Of a stretch of DNA of 64,000 nucleotides, positions 27,530 through 40,703 are shown piece after piece. Position numbers and translations under genes: made by a program. The notes beneath the pieces were generated by a model. The model saw only the letters and a list, made by a program, of their open reading frames with translations, had not been told where the DNA came from and did not search any database. Origin of the DNA: Octopus vulgaris. Lineage: Eukaryota. The DNA is taken from assembly GCA_951406725.2 (NCBI GenBank), contig OX597825.1:54560001-54624000 (forward strand), given 5' to 3'. Numbering within the stretch: the first letter of the stretch is position 1; every line of letters begins with the position of its first letter.

Positions 27530-28769
27530 TTAGGCTTACGAGAAAGGGATGACCTCCCTTTGCAAATACCATAAGAGCACAGATAGTGTGCCTAAAGCCA
27601 TCTGGAGACGATGATCTCCTGGGGCTAAAAGCTTCAGTAACACCCACCCTTTGTGGTTAGCCATATTGAGATGGCTATTATACTTTACATGTACAATTTT
27701 GAAATCAGTTAAACCATAGATTTCAAAAACAAGCATTATTTTCTCCTATTAAACTAGCCTTTCCTGTCAGGCATTGATACAAGATAGACGGAATTAGACT
27801 CCGTAGTTTCACTGAAATAGTTGTCTATGCAACGATTTGGAAAATTTGTGTCATTGGGAGAATGACAGTGTAGATGACTAAGCCCATAAGATTACTGGTG
27901 TAATGTCCAGAGATCAAAGGACAACAGTTAGTATCTTGTTAACGATGCCACTTTGTGTCTGTTGCTTAGGAACGGACTTCTCAAAGGTTCGAACTGTTTA
28001 TCTGCAAATGGATGGAAAGATTGTATAAATGACTGTTGTAAGCTGTGGCAGCACTGTACAATTGACAAGAGATTGTCGGCTTGCACGATAAAATACTACA
28101 TGAAATAGATTGGTCTCCAATCCAGGAAAATTATAAATTGTTGGTCCATATAAAACTATGGAAACATGAAATGTATGACACCATTATCGAAGGCACAAAA
28201 GCAACTGCAATCATATAAGACTCTCATAAATTTAATGTTAATAGTTTTGTATGTGTCAGTGATGTGCATAAAATTAGGTGAGATATTTTCAATCCATGAT
28301 TGATATTCTGCCACTTATATCCTTGATTTACATTGTTCACTTGGGGTAAATAATACGTTGGTGTCCCTTTCCCCAGCCATAAGGACTTATATTTATTAGC
28401 AAAGGAGTGTAGAATATTGAGGAAATGTTGTAAGGTTCGTATTTTTAAGAAGATTAGAAACATATTTGATATGAATGTTAGCAGCAATGGAATTTGCATT
28501 ACAACTAAGCTGTATCTCTCTATAGCTAGCCAGAAGTTGAGATGATGTCTTGCTTTGCTGGTTGAATTAAATACATAACGGTTTCTTGTTTTGTTTTCCT
28601 TTTGACAACAACGGTGTTGTGAGGTTTATCGGTTTAGCATGAGTTGTTTGCATTACTGAACCAGTCCATGATGAATCAAAAAATAAAATATCAAATGAGT
28701 GAATGACTAAGAATGCGTGTGAATAACTGAATTAATGATTGAATGAATGGTAAATAGTGAATAAATGAG

Positions 28770-29146
28770 TCACGTCGGTTACGATGACGAGGGTTCCAGT
28801 TGATCCGATCGACGTAACGGCCTACTCGTGAAATTAACATGCAAGCGGCTGAGCACTCCACAGACACGTGTATCCTGAACGTAATTCTCGGGGAGATTCA
28901 GCGTGACACACAGTGTGATAAGGTTGTCCCTTTGTATTACAGGTACAACAGAAACAGGAAGAAAGAGTGAGAGAATGTTGTGGTGAAAGAGTACAGCAGG
29001 GTCCGCCTCCTCCCCCTGCCGGAGCCTCGTGGTGCTTTAGGTGTTTTTGCTCAATAACCACTGACAACGCCCGGTCTGGGAATCGAAACCGCGAACCTAC
29101 GATCGGGAGTCCGCTGCCCAAACCACTGGGCCATCGCGCCTCCACA
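28770..29146 (-). mobile_element. tRNA-derived SINE family C variant with a different 3' tail
   Basis: GGAGGCGCGATGGCCCAGTGGTTTGGGC...GGTTTCGATTCCC head; middle segment shared with the 12092 copy. Confidence 0.78.
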
Positions 29147-32100
29147 ATTTGTCATGTAATGAGTGTGTAACTGACTAGGAGAACCTAAAGACTACGAAAG
29201 TTATACTAAGCGAAATATAATGGATATATTATCACAGAACACTAAATCAATACTGGAATCAGTGATAACCTAACAATAAATCATGTTTAATAAATTATAA
29301 ATTGCAAATTATCATTACGGTCATTAATATTACTTATAAATATTTTTTGATTTTTATATTCTAGTCCGGTGCTATTAGTATATTCTGCTGAGAAATTTGT
29401 TTAATATCATTAACTCGAATATTTCTAATTGTAATTATTTTTAATCATCGCTAATTAACACTGACCCCTACGGTAAAACTATTTTTAATGTAATTAATGT
29501 ATTTTATCAGAAGAGTAATTTTCTCCAGCAATTACTTTTTCTCTATTTAAATCATATTTTCTCTTTTCTGGTGGGATATTTTTTCTTGTCAATTACTCTC
29601 CAAATTTTATATCCAGATGAAATATTTGGAATCTAGTTAGGTTTTTCTTAGAAACTTCTGGCGATAGAAAAGTCAGTCTGTTTATTATGCATTGTAAGTG
29701 AAGTATTGATATATCTCGGGGCTAGTGAATTGCTTTCATGGACAGGTCACGTAGTTTTCAAATGATCCTCTGTAAATTGGTTTATTTCTATAACATATAC
29801 TCATATCTGCATGCAACGCAATACTTTTATGAAAGGCAAACATTTCTTTAGTTTTCAATAAATTCGGATTCGTCCCTCGATGGCGTATTATCAAATGCTA
29901 GTCGTTAATGTATTTTAGATACCGGTTGATATGTGTCATTCCTGTGCTGCGAAATATGTGCCAGTCAGATGATGGTGTGTATTAACTCAATTTTACACAT
30001 CTATCAATAGATGACCCTTGAAAGGGCACTGGATTTTGTAATACAACTAATCGAATTTCTTGTAATAATTTTTTCACTACATATATTATATCGACTGGCT
30101 ACACTTTTACGGTTATAGCAGTTATTTTATTTATGTATCTATTTATTTGAGATGATAAGGTAGCGGTCATCCTCATATCTATGATTGATAGTCCATAGCC
30201 CTATATTCCTAACCCTAGCGATCTACAGTCACTGGGTGTCGTCATACTGTGTATTACGTAGTGTTTGCTGTAGTGGAATGGAGGGGACTTAAGTGAAACA
30301 CATGCGGTAACTGTGACCCCCGTGCGTTCTTTTGCTCACCGTAGGAGTAATGTGACTGCGATTTTGCCACCGCCAAAATCGTAGTCACATCAACGGCAGC
30401 AGCAGTAGTAACAACCAAACCCAAACTACAACTATAACACCAATGTTAACTCAACCAACAAAGGGATTCTCGCACATTTGTGACCTCTCAAAACAATTCA
30501 GATATATGTGCATTTAGGTGCTGCAAGCCCTTTCTTTCCAAGAAGGTAGGAAATCATTAATTATAAGAGGAAGACGACCACTGTAAGTCATCCAATTCAC
30601 ACACATCGGAAGGTTGGCTAGAAACCAATGACCCCCACCAGCAATCCACTGCAACAATAACAAGAAGCAAACAAACACGCAAACAAAACAAAAATGAAAC
30701 CGACAACTAGAACATAAATAACAGCAGAAAATCCACTGCTGCAACAATTGAATAGTGAGAAAGTAAGCAAGGAAGGAAGTAAGAAAGAAACAAACAAACA
30801 AACAAATAATGGGGAAAAAAGAAAGAAAGAAAGAACAGTGAATTATAAGATTGAAGGAGGAGATCACACGTCAAAAAGATTGGAAATAGGTCAAGAAGAG
30901 ATAATCAACGAAAATGCTTGCAAATTTGAAAAGCAAAAAGAGCTTTAAGAATTATGAAAAATTGGAGATAAATAAGGCCAAATAAATAATGCTGCAAATT
31001 TAAAAGTTGAAAATCGAAGTAATGAGAGATTTATTGTCGGAAGAGGAGAATACGCATGCGTTCATACATATACATACACACACACACAGAACTTGCCTTG
31101 TCTTAGTCCGTTCACACCATGGTTGTGTCGTATCAGCGCCGTTGTTATATACAGAGAATCTTGGGTATTTTTAGATCTGGCACAGCAACTCCAGGTTTTA
31201 CTACAACTGATTTTTTACCAAAGATAGAAAGTTAGACAGACAAAAGGAGATAAAGATGAATCTGCTCCAGTGAAGAATTGATGCTATATTTATAGACACC
31301 GAAGGGATTAAATGCAAAGATGACCTTAGAAGGATTTGAATTAAAAGAGCGGGAAAGATTACCGCATGAACTGACAACTACCTTTTGGCGGCCATATATA
31401 ATGTTTGTTGAACAGTAAACGTGTTAAACGAAAAAGGAGTTCCTGTTGTAAAGATGGGGTGCTTCTATCTGCGTTAATGGCATTAGTGCGAATTATGATT
31501 CGCATCTTCTCTCACTCAGAGATGGTCAGCAGAGTGACATAATAAATTTAAAATTCTAGCTCTGGGCTTTGAAATTTGTTGGCGTATAATAGTAGACATC
31601 AGATAAGTGCTCGGTAAAACAATCTACTTGAATCCCGTGGTTTCATTAGCACATTGAGAATTGTTGAATTTGCAAGTTATGCAGTAAATAAGGTTGGTAG
31701 AGGTACACTCAAATTACAGCTTAACTTCGAATTGGGTTTGTGAACCGATTATAAGTTCATGACTGCAGATAAAACCCACGGTTACCAAAATGTACAGTGG
31801 CATTTGAAAGTATTGACATATGCTTTGCTAAGCGTGAAGCAATCGTATAAATCCTTTTTACGGAATGGACAGAGTAGGGTAGGATGGGAGTTTGAAATTC
31901 AGAAGACAGGAGCAGTATGAGTCGAAAGATCAAACGTTAAACAATAATGCTGACGGATTAAGTGTAATAGAGAAGAAAACTTCAATTATATGTGTGTGGG
32001 GTACGTTTGCCATTTTAGTAGGTTGGTCTCGGCAGATCGTGCTTTAATTATACATTAGAGAAGAACAATTAAAATATTTCTTCGAATTAAGAAAGGAAAT

Positions 32101-32308
32101 CCAAAACCTTGTTGCGTAGATAGAATCGGAGAATTAACCAAAAGGAGATGGCAGATAGCAATTTGATTGAAAGAAGAAGCGGAGGGTAAAGGAAAAGTTG
32201 CTCGCATATGTGCATATCAAAGCGTTTATAATAAATACTCATTTAGCTGCTATATTTACCAGGTCACATGAGCACGTAGGGGCTCCCTCATTCGCTGACT
32301 ATTATTTC

Positions 32309-32581
<273 letters not shown>

Positions 32582-33218
32582 CTTTTGTCCGCTGCTATCG
32601 TTATTGTTGTTTCGTTGTTTTCTCCTTACAAATAATTTAACACAACATTTAACAGACGTTCGAAGCGAATTAGTCGCATAATACGTTTTCGCCATTAATT
32701 AAATAGATTTGTTACTCTAATTATTGCCGTTTTTCTTTTACTTGCCTAATTATTGTTATTGCTAGTACGGATGACGATAATGACATTTTGATAATATTAT
32801 TTCTTAATAGATTCTAAATTTTTAATATAGATGGTAACTGATGTAGTGGTATTCTGTGACGATTCAATTTATGTTGACGCAAAAACGAAGCAAAGTTATA
32901 GAGTCGGTGCAAATATGCAAGGCGAGATGACAGCGGTAATTGAGAAGTTATCATTATAGTGAGACGTTACAGAAACAATGATTTCGATTTAAGTATTATT
33001 AAATAGTAAATTCTAGAGGACAGCTACAGGAGATACGCAGACACACACATCTGCACGCACACACACACACACACACACGCACGTCTATGTATTGCAACCA
33101 CTGTAGTGGGTTAAACTGATCCACTCTTGGTACAATCAACGAAAATGTATTCCATCCAATGAGAGATAAAAGTCAATTTAATACACAACCGAAAGAACTG
33201 CTAATAGTTTTATGCTTT

Positions 33219-34139
33219 TATGATACTTCAACAAGGCATACTTAGAAAATACGCTATGTATCTCCAGGCTCTGTTTATGTTGTATATGTTTTAAGAACAA
33301 GGACACTGGACAGTGAGAAAATAAGAAAAAATTAGAAAAGCGAAAAGATTGATGCAAAACATGGAACGAAAATAAAGAAACCAAATCAATACAGCTAAGA
33401 TCTCCGTTCCTCCTTGATTGCGTTCCTCCACAATTAATGCAGCTGGTATAAAACTAAATAACAGAAGATATGTCAAAGTCTCCGAGTAAACAGCTCATTC
33501 TGGAGCGAGTGCTATCCTCCAATTCGATAAAAGAAACCTGTCCATGTGTTTGCACATGCAACAAATTTCAGATCTGGAATTATACAGTGTGTTGGAATTC
33601 TTATTTGAAAGAGGAATATGAGATATTTCTGTTACACATAAGTTGCCTTTCTTAGATCCTTTAACGAATGGCTTGAAATTTTCCACGATTCTCCACTTGA
33701 CTGTATGTAACGTGAAATTGTTGTCCAGATGCCATACGTGGCTAACCAACTTAGCTGCGTTACTTTTGTTGATATGCCGGAAAGAAGATAAGTAATTTAC
33801 ATAACTTATTTTTAGTGATCTTGTAGTGTTGTTGTTACTTCTACTTTGTATATGACATACACACCTGGTCATAGTTTCTGTTATTTTGTTCTAAAACACC
33901 TGCATTAATTGTGGTTTCTCCAATCATGGAGGACAGAGATCTTAGTTTTCTTCCTTTTGTTTATTCCTTCTCATTCCATTTTTTGCATTAACTTTCTTCA
34001 TATTTTACTTCTTGCTTTTTTATTAATTTTCTCACTGTCCAGCGTCCATGTTTTTAAAATGTATACAACGAATAAGCAGACCCTGAAAGTTTGCATGGAG
34101 ATAAGTGGCGTGTTGTATAAATATGCCTAAAGTATCATA
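33219..34139 (-). mobile_element. 5'-truncated PLE remnant: GIY-YIG C-terminal fragment between diverged inverted arms
   Basis: ORF 33495-33872: SSFRH...LVSHVWHL...VKWRIV...NLCVTE...NSRSEICCMCKH..FLL is a typical PLE endonuclease tail. Arms ~33219-33475 and ~33866-34139 are reverse complements. Confidence 0.72.
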
Positions 34140-34784
34140 CATACATACATACACACACATATATATATATACATATACTCGTACGGTAAAACACCTGGTA
34201 TGGACGTGTGAGTGTGCGTATATGTGTGAATATATGCTTGTACCTAAATGCTTATGCATACTTCATAGTGGTTCAGTTGCTAAAAATGTGCATGCACGTA
34301 ACTACGTATGTGTGAGTGCGTAAGTCTGTTTGCGTATCTCTTTGCCTGTATGCCTGATTATCACTTAACGTTTAAAGTCTTGATATGAATGATGTTAGAC
34401 ATTACCAGTACTAATCTGAGAGAATCAAAACAGAAGAGCCATTAGTTGCAGACGAGTGCGCTATACATTCTCCAAACGGTCTTTAGCAAGTTTTCATAAC
34501 GTCTGAACTATGAAACACTACAAAGAAAGCTCACTTTATGCACAACTGCAGACTGGGCCGTTTAACTAAATATTTGAATCTTTAAAATACGCACTCAACC
34601 ATATCATGTTCACAATCATGCACAGACGCAGGCCCTCCAACCAGTTCAAGACAAGGTTACATTCCCCTTAATTACTCATCAGAGCTGGCCCTATTACTCT
34701 GCCAAACTCTAAATTATTTCTTCCTCCTTCTCTCTTCGACTCACGATTGCTCTGTTCCCCCCTTTCTCTCTCTCTCTCTCCATA

Positions 34785-34846
<62 letters not shown>

Positions 34847-34905
34847 AGTATTATATGCATATATATGTGTGTGAATATATGTACGCGTGTGTGTATAGAT
34901 ATATA

Positions 34906-36140
34906 CAGGGTGCGTAAGATATTTGAGGACAGATTTATATTTATAAAAAAGAAACAGCTATATAATAACAAATAACTTTATTTATCAAAAATTGCTGAGG
35001 ATAAGAATAAACCTTCTCTTCTATAATGTTATTCAATAGCGCCACCTTCAGCTTCCACAACTGCTTCTATATGAGATCTAAGTCATTTATATGGTTGAAT
35101 CAAATGGTCCTGATTCATTATGGACATTACTCTGACTATGGTAGCTTTCAAACAAATTTTAGTGATATGGGCGTGTTTATTGACCTCTCTCTCAACAACG
35201 CTTCACATGTAATTGTCCAATGGATTAAGATCTGGGTAATTAGGAGGCCAAATGTTAAGGGCTATGTGATCATGAAAATTTTCAGCCATCCATTCCTCTG
35301 TTACTAAAGCCATGAGGTACAGTGCAGAGTCTTACTGAAACATTTATAACCTTCCATTACATACACTATCTATCCAGATGTAGACAGCAGAATTAACTCT
35401 AAGGCCTTGTGGAAAGAAGTAAGGAGGCATCACATGTCTTTGTTGCAGACATATCTTAAAGCCATGACAGTTGCAGGAAATTTTGTACGCATAATACTAA
35501 GAACTTCAGAAGGATCTACGCATAACCATCTGTCATTTTTTCTGTTTACTTTTTGATCTTGGTCGAAGGTTTTCTCGTTTGAGAAAACCAAATCAAATCT
35601 TCTTCTCCTGGATTTTTTTTTCAGTTTGTTTAATAGCCTCTTAGATATGATGTAGAGATTTTCTTTTGCTTTTTCTGACAAATACACCTTTCCTCATCAT
35701 ATAAGACTTCTAACTGATGTCTTCGTGGACGACATTTCTGACACACGGAGATCTTTTGCAACTGACTTCATGGACTTTCTGAGATTGTAGGTCTGTTGAA
35801 GTTGCTGAAAATTTTCATGATCATATAACGTTGGATAGACAGGTGTTCCGATGATTTCAGAGAGGGTAGAATGATTTTTATGCTTTGATACTGGTGACAC
35901 ATTTCCATCTTCAGTCTCTAGCTCCTTATAAACTTTGAAGAAGAAAGATCCGGCAATTTTTAAAAATCGAGATATTTATAAATTACTATGCCCAGCCTTT
36001 ATAACTACCATGGCAGCATGCCGCTTCATTTCTTGAGTAAGCTGAGGGTCTGCCATTATTATTTTCTGAAATAAAGATTCTAGTGTTAGCAAAAAATGCA
36101 TCAATGACCAAAAAAAGGTATTCCTCAAATACCTTACTGT
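34906..36140 (-). mobile_element. maT (DD37D)-like Tc1/mariner element, decayed
   Basis: FSNEKTFDQDQKVNRKNDRW, RTKFPATVM, WPPNYPDLNPLDNYM. TIR TA|CAGGGTGCGTAAGATATTTGAGGA vs TCCTCAAATACCTTACTGTG. Confidence 0.82.
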
Positions 36141-36555
36141 GTGTGTGTGTTTGTGTGTGTGTGTCTAGTGTATTTTACTTAAAAATCCTCATAACGAGCG
36201 TTTAAGATTACTTATCTTGTGTGGCTACCACATGTTATTATACCCCAGGGAATGCAGAAACGTACGTTGGGATCCACTATTAAAGCTTGTTATCTTCCAT
36301 ATATGGTGAGGAAGCTTGTGCCTTTAGGTGGGGTGGGCCGCGATGTTTTGACCAACCTGTGCAGGTCCTTCCCGTACGAGGACAACGGAAAGTACCGTCC
36401 CTCTGGTCGCTGTTAAGCGTGACTAAGGAGTTGGGAAACACCCACATTGCTAGAAATAAGAGCTAAGCCGCTCTATTGCTGTAATTAACGCACACTAATG
36501 AAAACATATTCATTAACAAGGACCACAATCGTCCCAAAAGTGCTGATCGAGAATT

Positions 36556-36604
36556 CTTAATACTGACGCCAGTTTCGGCAGTTTCCATTACCTCATCAGT
36601 TAAG
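36556..36604 (-). ncRNA. Canonical type I hammerhead ribozyme
   Basis: CUUAA [CUGAUGA] GGUA-AUGGAAAC-UGCC [GAAA] CUG-GCGU-CAG UA | UUAAG: all core nucleotides present, 5-bp stem I, GUA triplet. Confidence 0.8.
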
Positions 36605-36894
36605 GCCGCTCTTCCGGAATCGCTTCGCCAATAGTATTCACGTTTTCGTTCTCCAAATTATTGGCTGATTTAGCGATCGTTAATATGTATATATAAAATT
36701 AATATAAACAATACTTTGCAATGTTTCATCAAAAAGGAGAATTATAGTTGTCTCTAAATTTGACTAGGGTGTTAGGAAATACTTACATTGCTAGAAATAA
36801 GAGTTATACCATTCTAATGCTGTGGATAACGCACATGAATGAAAACATATACGCTAATAGGGTCCATAATCGTCTGAAAGCCGAGCGAAAATGC

Positions 36895-36942
36895 TTGATA
36901 CTGACGTCAGTTTCGGCAATTTCCGTCGCCTCATCAGTTAAG
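36895..36942 (-). ncRNA. Canonical type I hammerhead ribozyme (second tandem copy)
   Basis: CUUAA [CUGAUGA] GGCGA-CGGAAA-UUGCC [GAAA] CUG-ACGU-CAG UA | UCAAG; one stem I mismatch; palindromic stem-loop III. Confidence 0.76.
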
Positions 36943-37654
36943 AACGCTCGATTGTTCGGCTCTTTTCAGACTCACTTCACCATTAGTATTTATATTTTCG
37001 TCACGCATGTTATTGGATGATTTAGTGATTCGCTAATGTATATATATAAAATTATCTACAGCATTAGAGCGGTTTAGCTCTTCTTTCTCTCTCGTTCATT
37101 CTTGTCGTGAATGATTTTATAGATCTTTGATAACTCATTTCAGTTGTGCTGATCTTAGAAAGAGTAATCTCTATAGCCAAGCCAATTAACAAACCGTTGT
37201 TGCACACACTTTCAGTATCTTGTGGCAGATAGAGACGGCCATTAACAATACCATTTTCCAACATATTCAGTCTCACTTCTAATAAATACATAGACGGTTT
37301 CCAAAATGCAAGGTTATCTACTTGAGACGTACACCGCCGTATCAGGTGCCAGAGGGCACTCACCTCGAGAAATTTTGTGAACATAGCGTTGTTTAACTCG
37401 AAATCAGTAAAACACTGCATTGTTCCATCACATGATGTCTTCCTATAGTTTCTCTCTGTCTTCTAGAGTGGTGAATCTCTTTCACATCTTGTTAACTCTG
37501 TATGTGCTCATTTATGTATCACCCATTATACAGAATTTATGTTTGCATAATGTATCAAATATTCATAGAAAACGTCATTTTGTGTGGGTACTACACTATT
37601 TTGAAAAATATTTCCGCAAATATTTTCTTTTGTGATATCAAAGAGATATCAATT

Positions 37655-37830
37655 CTGAAACGTTATTTAAGATAGAGTTTCTGTAGAATAATACATTTAA
37701 GACAGAACTGTAATAAAATAATATATTTACGAAAGTGCTTTTATTAAATAATATATTTAAGATAGATTTTTATGGAATAGTTTATTTATGATAGAGATTT
37801 TATTAAATAATATAAGAGTTTTTATTAAGT
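37655..37830. repeat. Degenerate ~30-bp minisatellite (ATATATTTAAGATAGAGTTTTATTAAATA-like)
   Basis: About six diverged tandem units. Confidence 0.6.
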
Positions 37831-39109
37831 AGTATATTCTTCCTTGCCAACCTAAGTCGGTGGTATGAAATATTAGGTGCAGGAAATTGTGTGACAGGCG
37901 CAGTTAGAATATGGGGCTGTAAAATCCGCGTCGACCGTTTTAGACATTTGTAACTGATTGACAGGTACAGACTACATATTGTTAGACTTTGACCAAAAGC
38001 CAAAATTAGAAAGATCGGATGAAAGCCAATAAACATTCAGGTTCTGAGGGTCCATGAGCGGTGCATGCTATTCGACTCCAGTTTACCAGCAATATTTTGC
38101 CCAATTATTCGGTGATAGGTGTGGACTGCAAGCAGAGGACTTTTGTGTCTACCTCGACAGTTTGACGGAGCTCTCAGCTGAAAGTCTGATTGTTTTCGAA
38201 AGTCAGTAACAGCAGCTCAGTTTTGGTTGTCAGTAAAAGATTATCCGTGTGTTAAATCGTTGGGTTTTGATTGTTTACGATACACTCAAACTTGCCAGAT
38301 GTGTTTGACTCTCGCTTGGAAGACATCAACCATAACTGGGAGTAGGTTTGGAACATTTCCAGCTACATTAGCTTGAATTAGTAGTATTGTAGAACACAAG
38401 CAAGCTGACGTCGTCAAACATTTCCAGCTCATAACTCTAGGCGCAGAGTCTAAAAGTTTCTCTAAAGTGCACGTCAAGAGGTTAGATTGATTTTGTTATC
38501 AATACTATGAAAATGTGTGCATAGAGCTGTACAATTCTAGAAAGAATTATTTGCAATCTTCCCTTTATGCAGTATATTGAATAGAAGGTGGGTAACAAAC
38601 CTGGGTTCAGTGGAGCCCGGATCCACTTGGGTCATCCCAAAACTTTCTGTTTACTGTTAGCATATATGCTAGCTCTCTACTGTGTCGATTTGAGATGTGG
38701 GATCATTTCATTTTGCGGTGGTTTGTCATCGTATGTCAGATAGTAGTTTTAAATCACAGGCTCGATATGACAAGTATATCTTTTAGCATTGCTCATGCTT
38801 TTTTTCTGGAGACTTTACTATAGAACCGATAGGAGTTCGATACTATCTCGTTCGAGCTATAGTGTAGAACAACCGCATAGGCATAGGTGGATGCTGTATT
38901 AGATACCATCAGAAAGGTATACGCCATTTTGATTGTATTTGATGAAACAGACAGGTGAGCGGCCTCCACACTGTAGGAATGAGATGAGATAACAGGTTCA
39001 TGCATTAAACGGTGGGTTTGTAAATCAGTACTTGATGCAACAAGGCAAGATTGATCGGCATCGAGATTGCTGAAAAAATGTTCCTGTACGTTGTTCAGGC
39101 CTGGTTTCG

Positions 39110-39850
39110 TTGAAAACTCTGAATGGATATGAACTGGAAAGAGGCAATGAGATTACCTACTTGTACTATATTTCACAAGATTGTCGATTTATTAACTTTT
39201 GGTTAAGAGTGTCTAACATCACCCGTACGCATACTGAACATTACGTGCAGAGCCTGCGAGATTACATGAAGGGAGATTTTGAGAGTATCCTCGACTGGGG
39301 CTAAGCTACTCCTATGAAGGAAACACCGCCATATCATACTCTCTCTAATCGTGAGCAGTACTCAGCAAGTGACCTCAAAGACACTCAAAATCTTGGATCT
39401 CACAACTACTGAGTGTGTCTCAGTATACATCCTTATCTTAACTCAAACTTTGTCTCAAAGATTGTCCCTTTTTTCAGAGTCAGAAAATACATCAGGCTCC
39501 AACAGCTTTAGTGATACCCTATACGCTTCAAGTAAACCCACCAATGGATTACTGTACTCATATCTGGGATGGGTTTGATGCTATGCTTACTAACACCCTG
39601 GACAGCATCCAGTAAAAGGTCACTCAGCTGATTAGCATTACAGCCCTAATGGACACAGTAGCGATAGTATTCTAACGCTACTATAGTAGATTATGATCCT
39701 CATAGCATCCAACCACCTTTACACCAAATAACCACTCTTCCCAATCCTGCTTTCCTAGGACATCGTTTCTCTAGAATCTCATTTCTGCTCATATTTTTCC
39801 TGCAGGTGTTGATCTGCAACATTCTAAAAGGAATATTGACGATCTGCATG
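39110..39850 (+). pseudogene. Highly decayed L2/CR1-group LINE RT 3' remnant
   Basis: MKGDFESILDWG, LKILDLT, TLDSIQ*KVTQLI resemble L2/CR1 RT C-terminal motifs. Confidence 0.4.
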
Positions 39851-40292
39851 GGCCATGAGATCTACCCCTTCATCTGATCTCAGCAAAACTGAAAATTTTG
39901 TTAACTATTTCTACATTAGATGCCCTTGATAATTTCTTAAGTGAAGGCTTTAATCCAATGCTGTAATCAGAAGTACTTTGTTCTCAGCTTTGATTCTTGC
40001 ATCTTTCTGTCAAATCATCTATTTTTCTTTATCAATCTTCATCATATATAGAATGTTCAATCATCAGACATTGACCACATTTATTGCCCGGTTCTCATTT
40101 AGCTCCACACGGCATACAACAGGCAGCACTGCTGCAGAACGACAAAGTTACCTCGTTTCTCCCCACCGAGCCCATCGATATGCACACATTTCCACGCATA
40201 CAGTTTTACCATCTAGGTCACCGACCATGTCAACGTCCTACCATTACCCTTAAAGCAATACAATACAGAATTAGTTCATATTTTTCCCAAAC

Positions 40293-40473
40293 TAGGCGTA
40301 GGAGTGTCTGTGTGGTAAGTAGCTTGCTTACTAACAACATGGTTCCGGGTTCAGCCCCACTGCGTGGCACCTTGGGCAAGTGTCTTCTACTATAGCATCG
40401 GGACGACTAAAGCCTTGTGAGCGGATTTGGTAGACGAAAACTGAAAGAACCCGTCGTATATATGTATATATAA

Positions 40474-40531
<58 letters not shown>

Positions 40532-40703
40532 TTGTGTGTCTGTGTTTGTCCCCCCAACATCGCTTGACAACTGATGCTGGTGTGTTTACCTCCCCGTAAC
40601 TTAGCGGTTCGGCCAAAGAGACCGATAGAATAAGTACTAGGCCTACAAAGTCCTGGAGTCGATTTGCTCCACTAAAGGCGGTGATCTAGCATGGCCACAG
40701 TCT
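40293..40703 (+). mobile_element. tRNA-derived SINE family B with an internal (TA)/(TG) microsatellite
   Basis: AGGCGTAGGAGTGTCTGTGTGGTAAG...GGTTCAGCCCC head; near-colinear copy at 52221-52675; partial minus-strand copies at 4148-4620 and 18605-19790. Confidence 0.82.

Larger units (their letters stand above)
26876..27690. mobile_element. ORF-less PLE-type pseudo-LTR cluster: inverted copy (26876-27194), partial direct copy (27194-27333), full copy (27340-27690)
   Basis: Direct inspection shows near-identical inverted and tandem segments; carries hammerhead motifs. Confidence 0.78.
36420..37420 (-). mobile_element. Decayed PLE: two tandem ~300-bp pseudo-LTRs (36420-36710, 36761-37060) plus a putative RT-thumb remnant; may extend to ~38500
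   Basis: Tandem repeats are visible and both carry hammerheads. Adjacent ORF 37064-37420 has YLLEVRLNMLENGIVNGRLYLPQD, resembling the PLE FLDV...NG...LYxKPTD motif. Confidence 0.62.

Noticed and set aside
27618-27680. Possible HDV-like or twister ribozyme (GGGGCTAA...CCACCCTTTGTGGTTAGCC)
   Set aside because: P1/P3-like pairings exist, but P1.1, P2 and the catalytic J4/2 could not be placed.
27700-28570. Possible decayed PLE body on the minus strand (AKARHHLNF, HPFADK)
   Set aside because: Only short isolated motifs with many stops; needs tBLASTx before any call.
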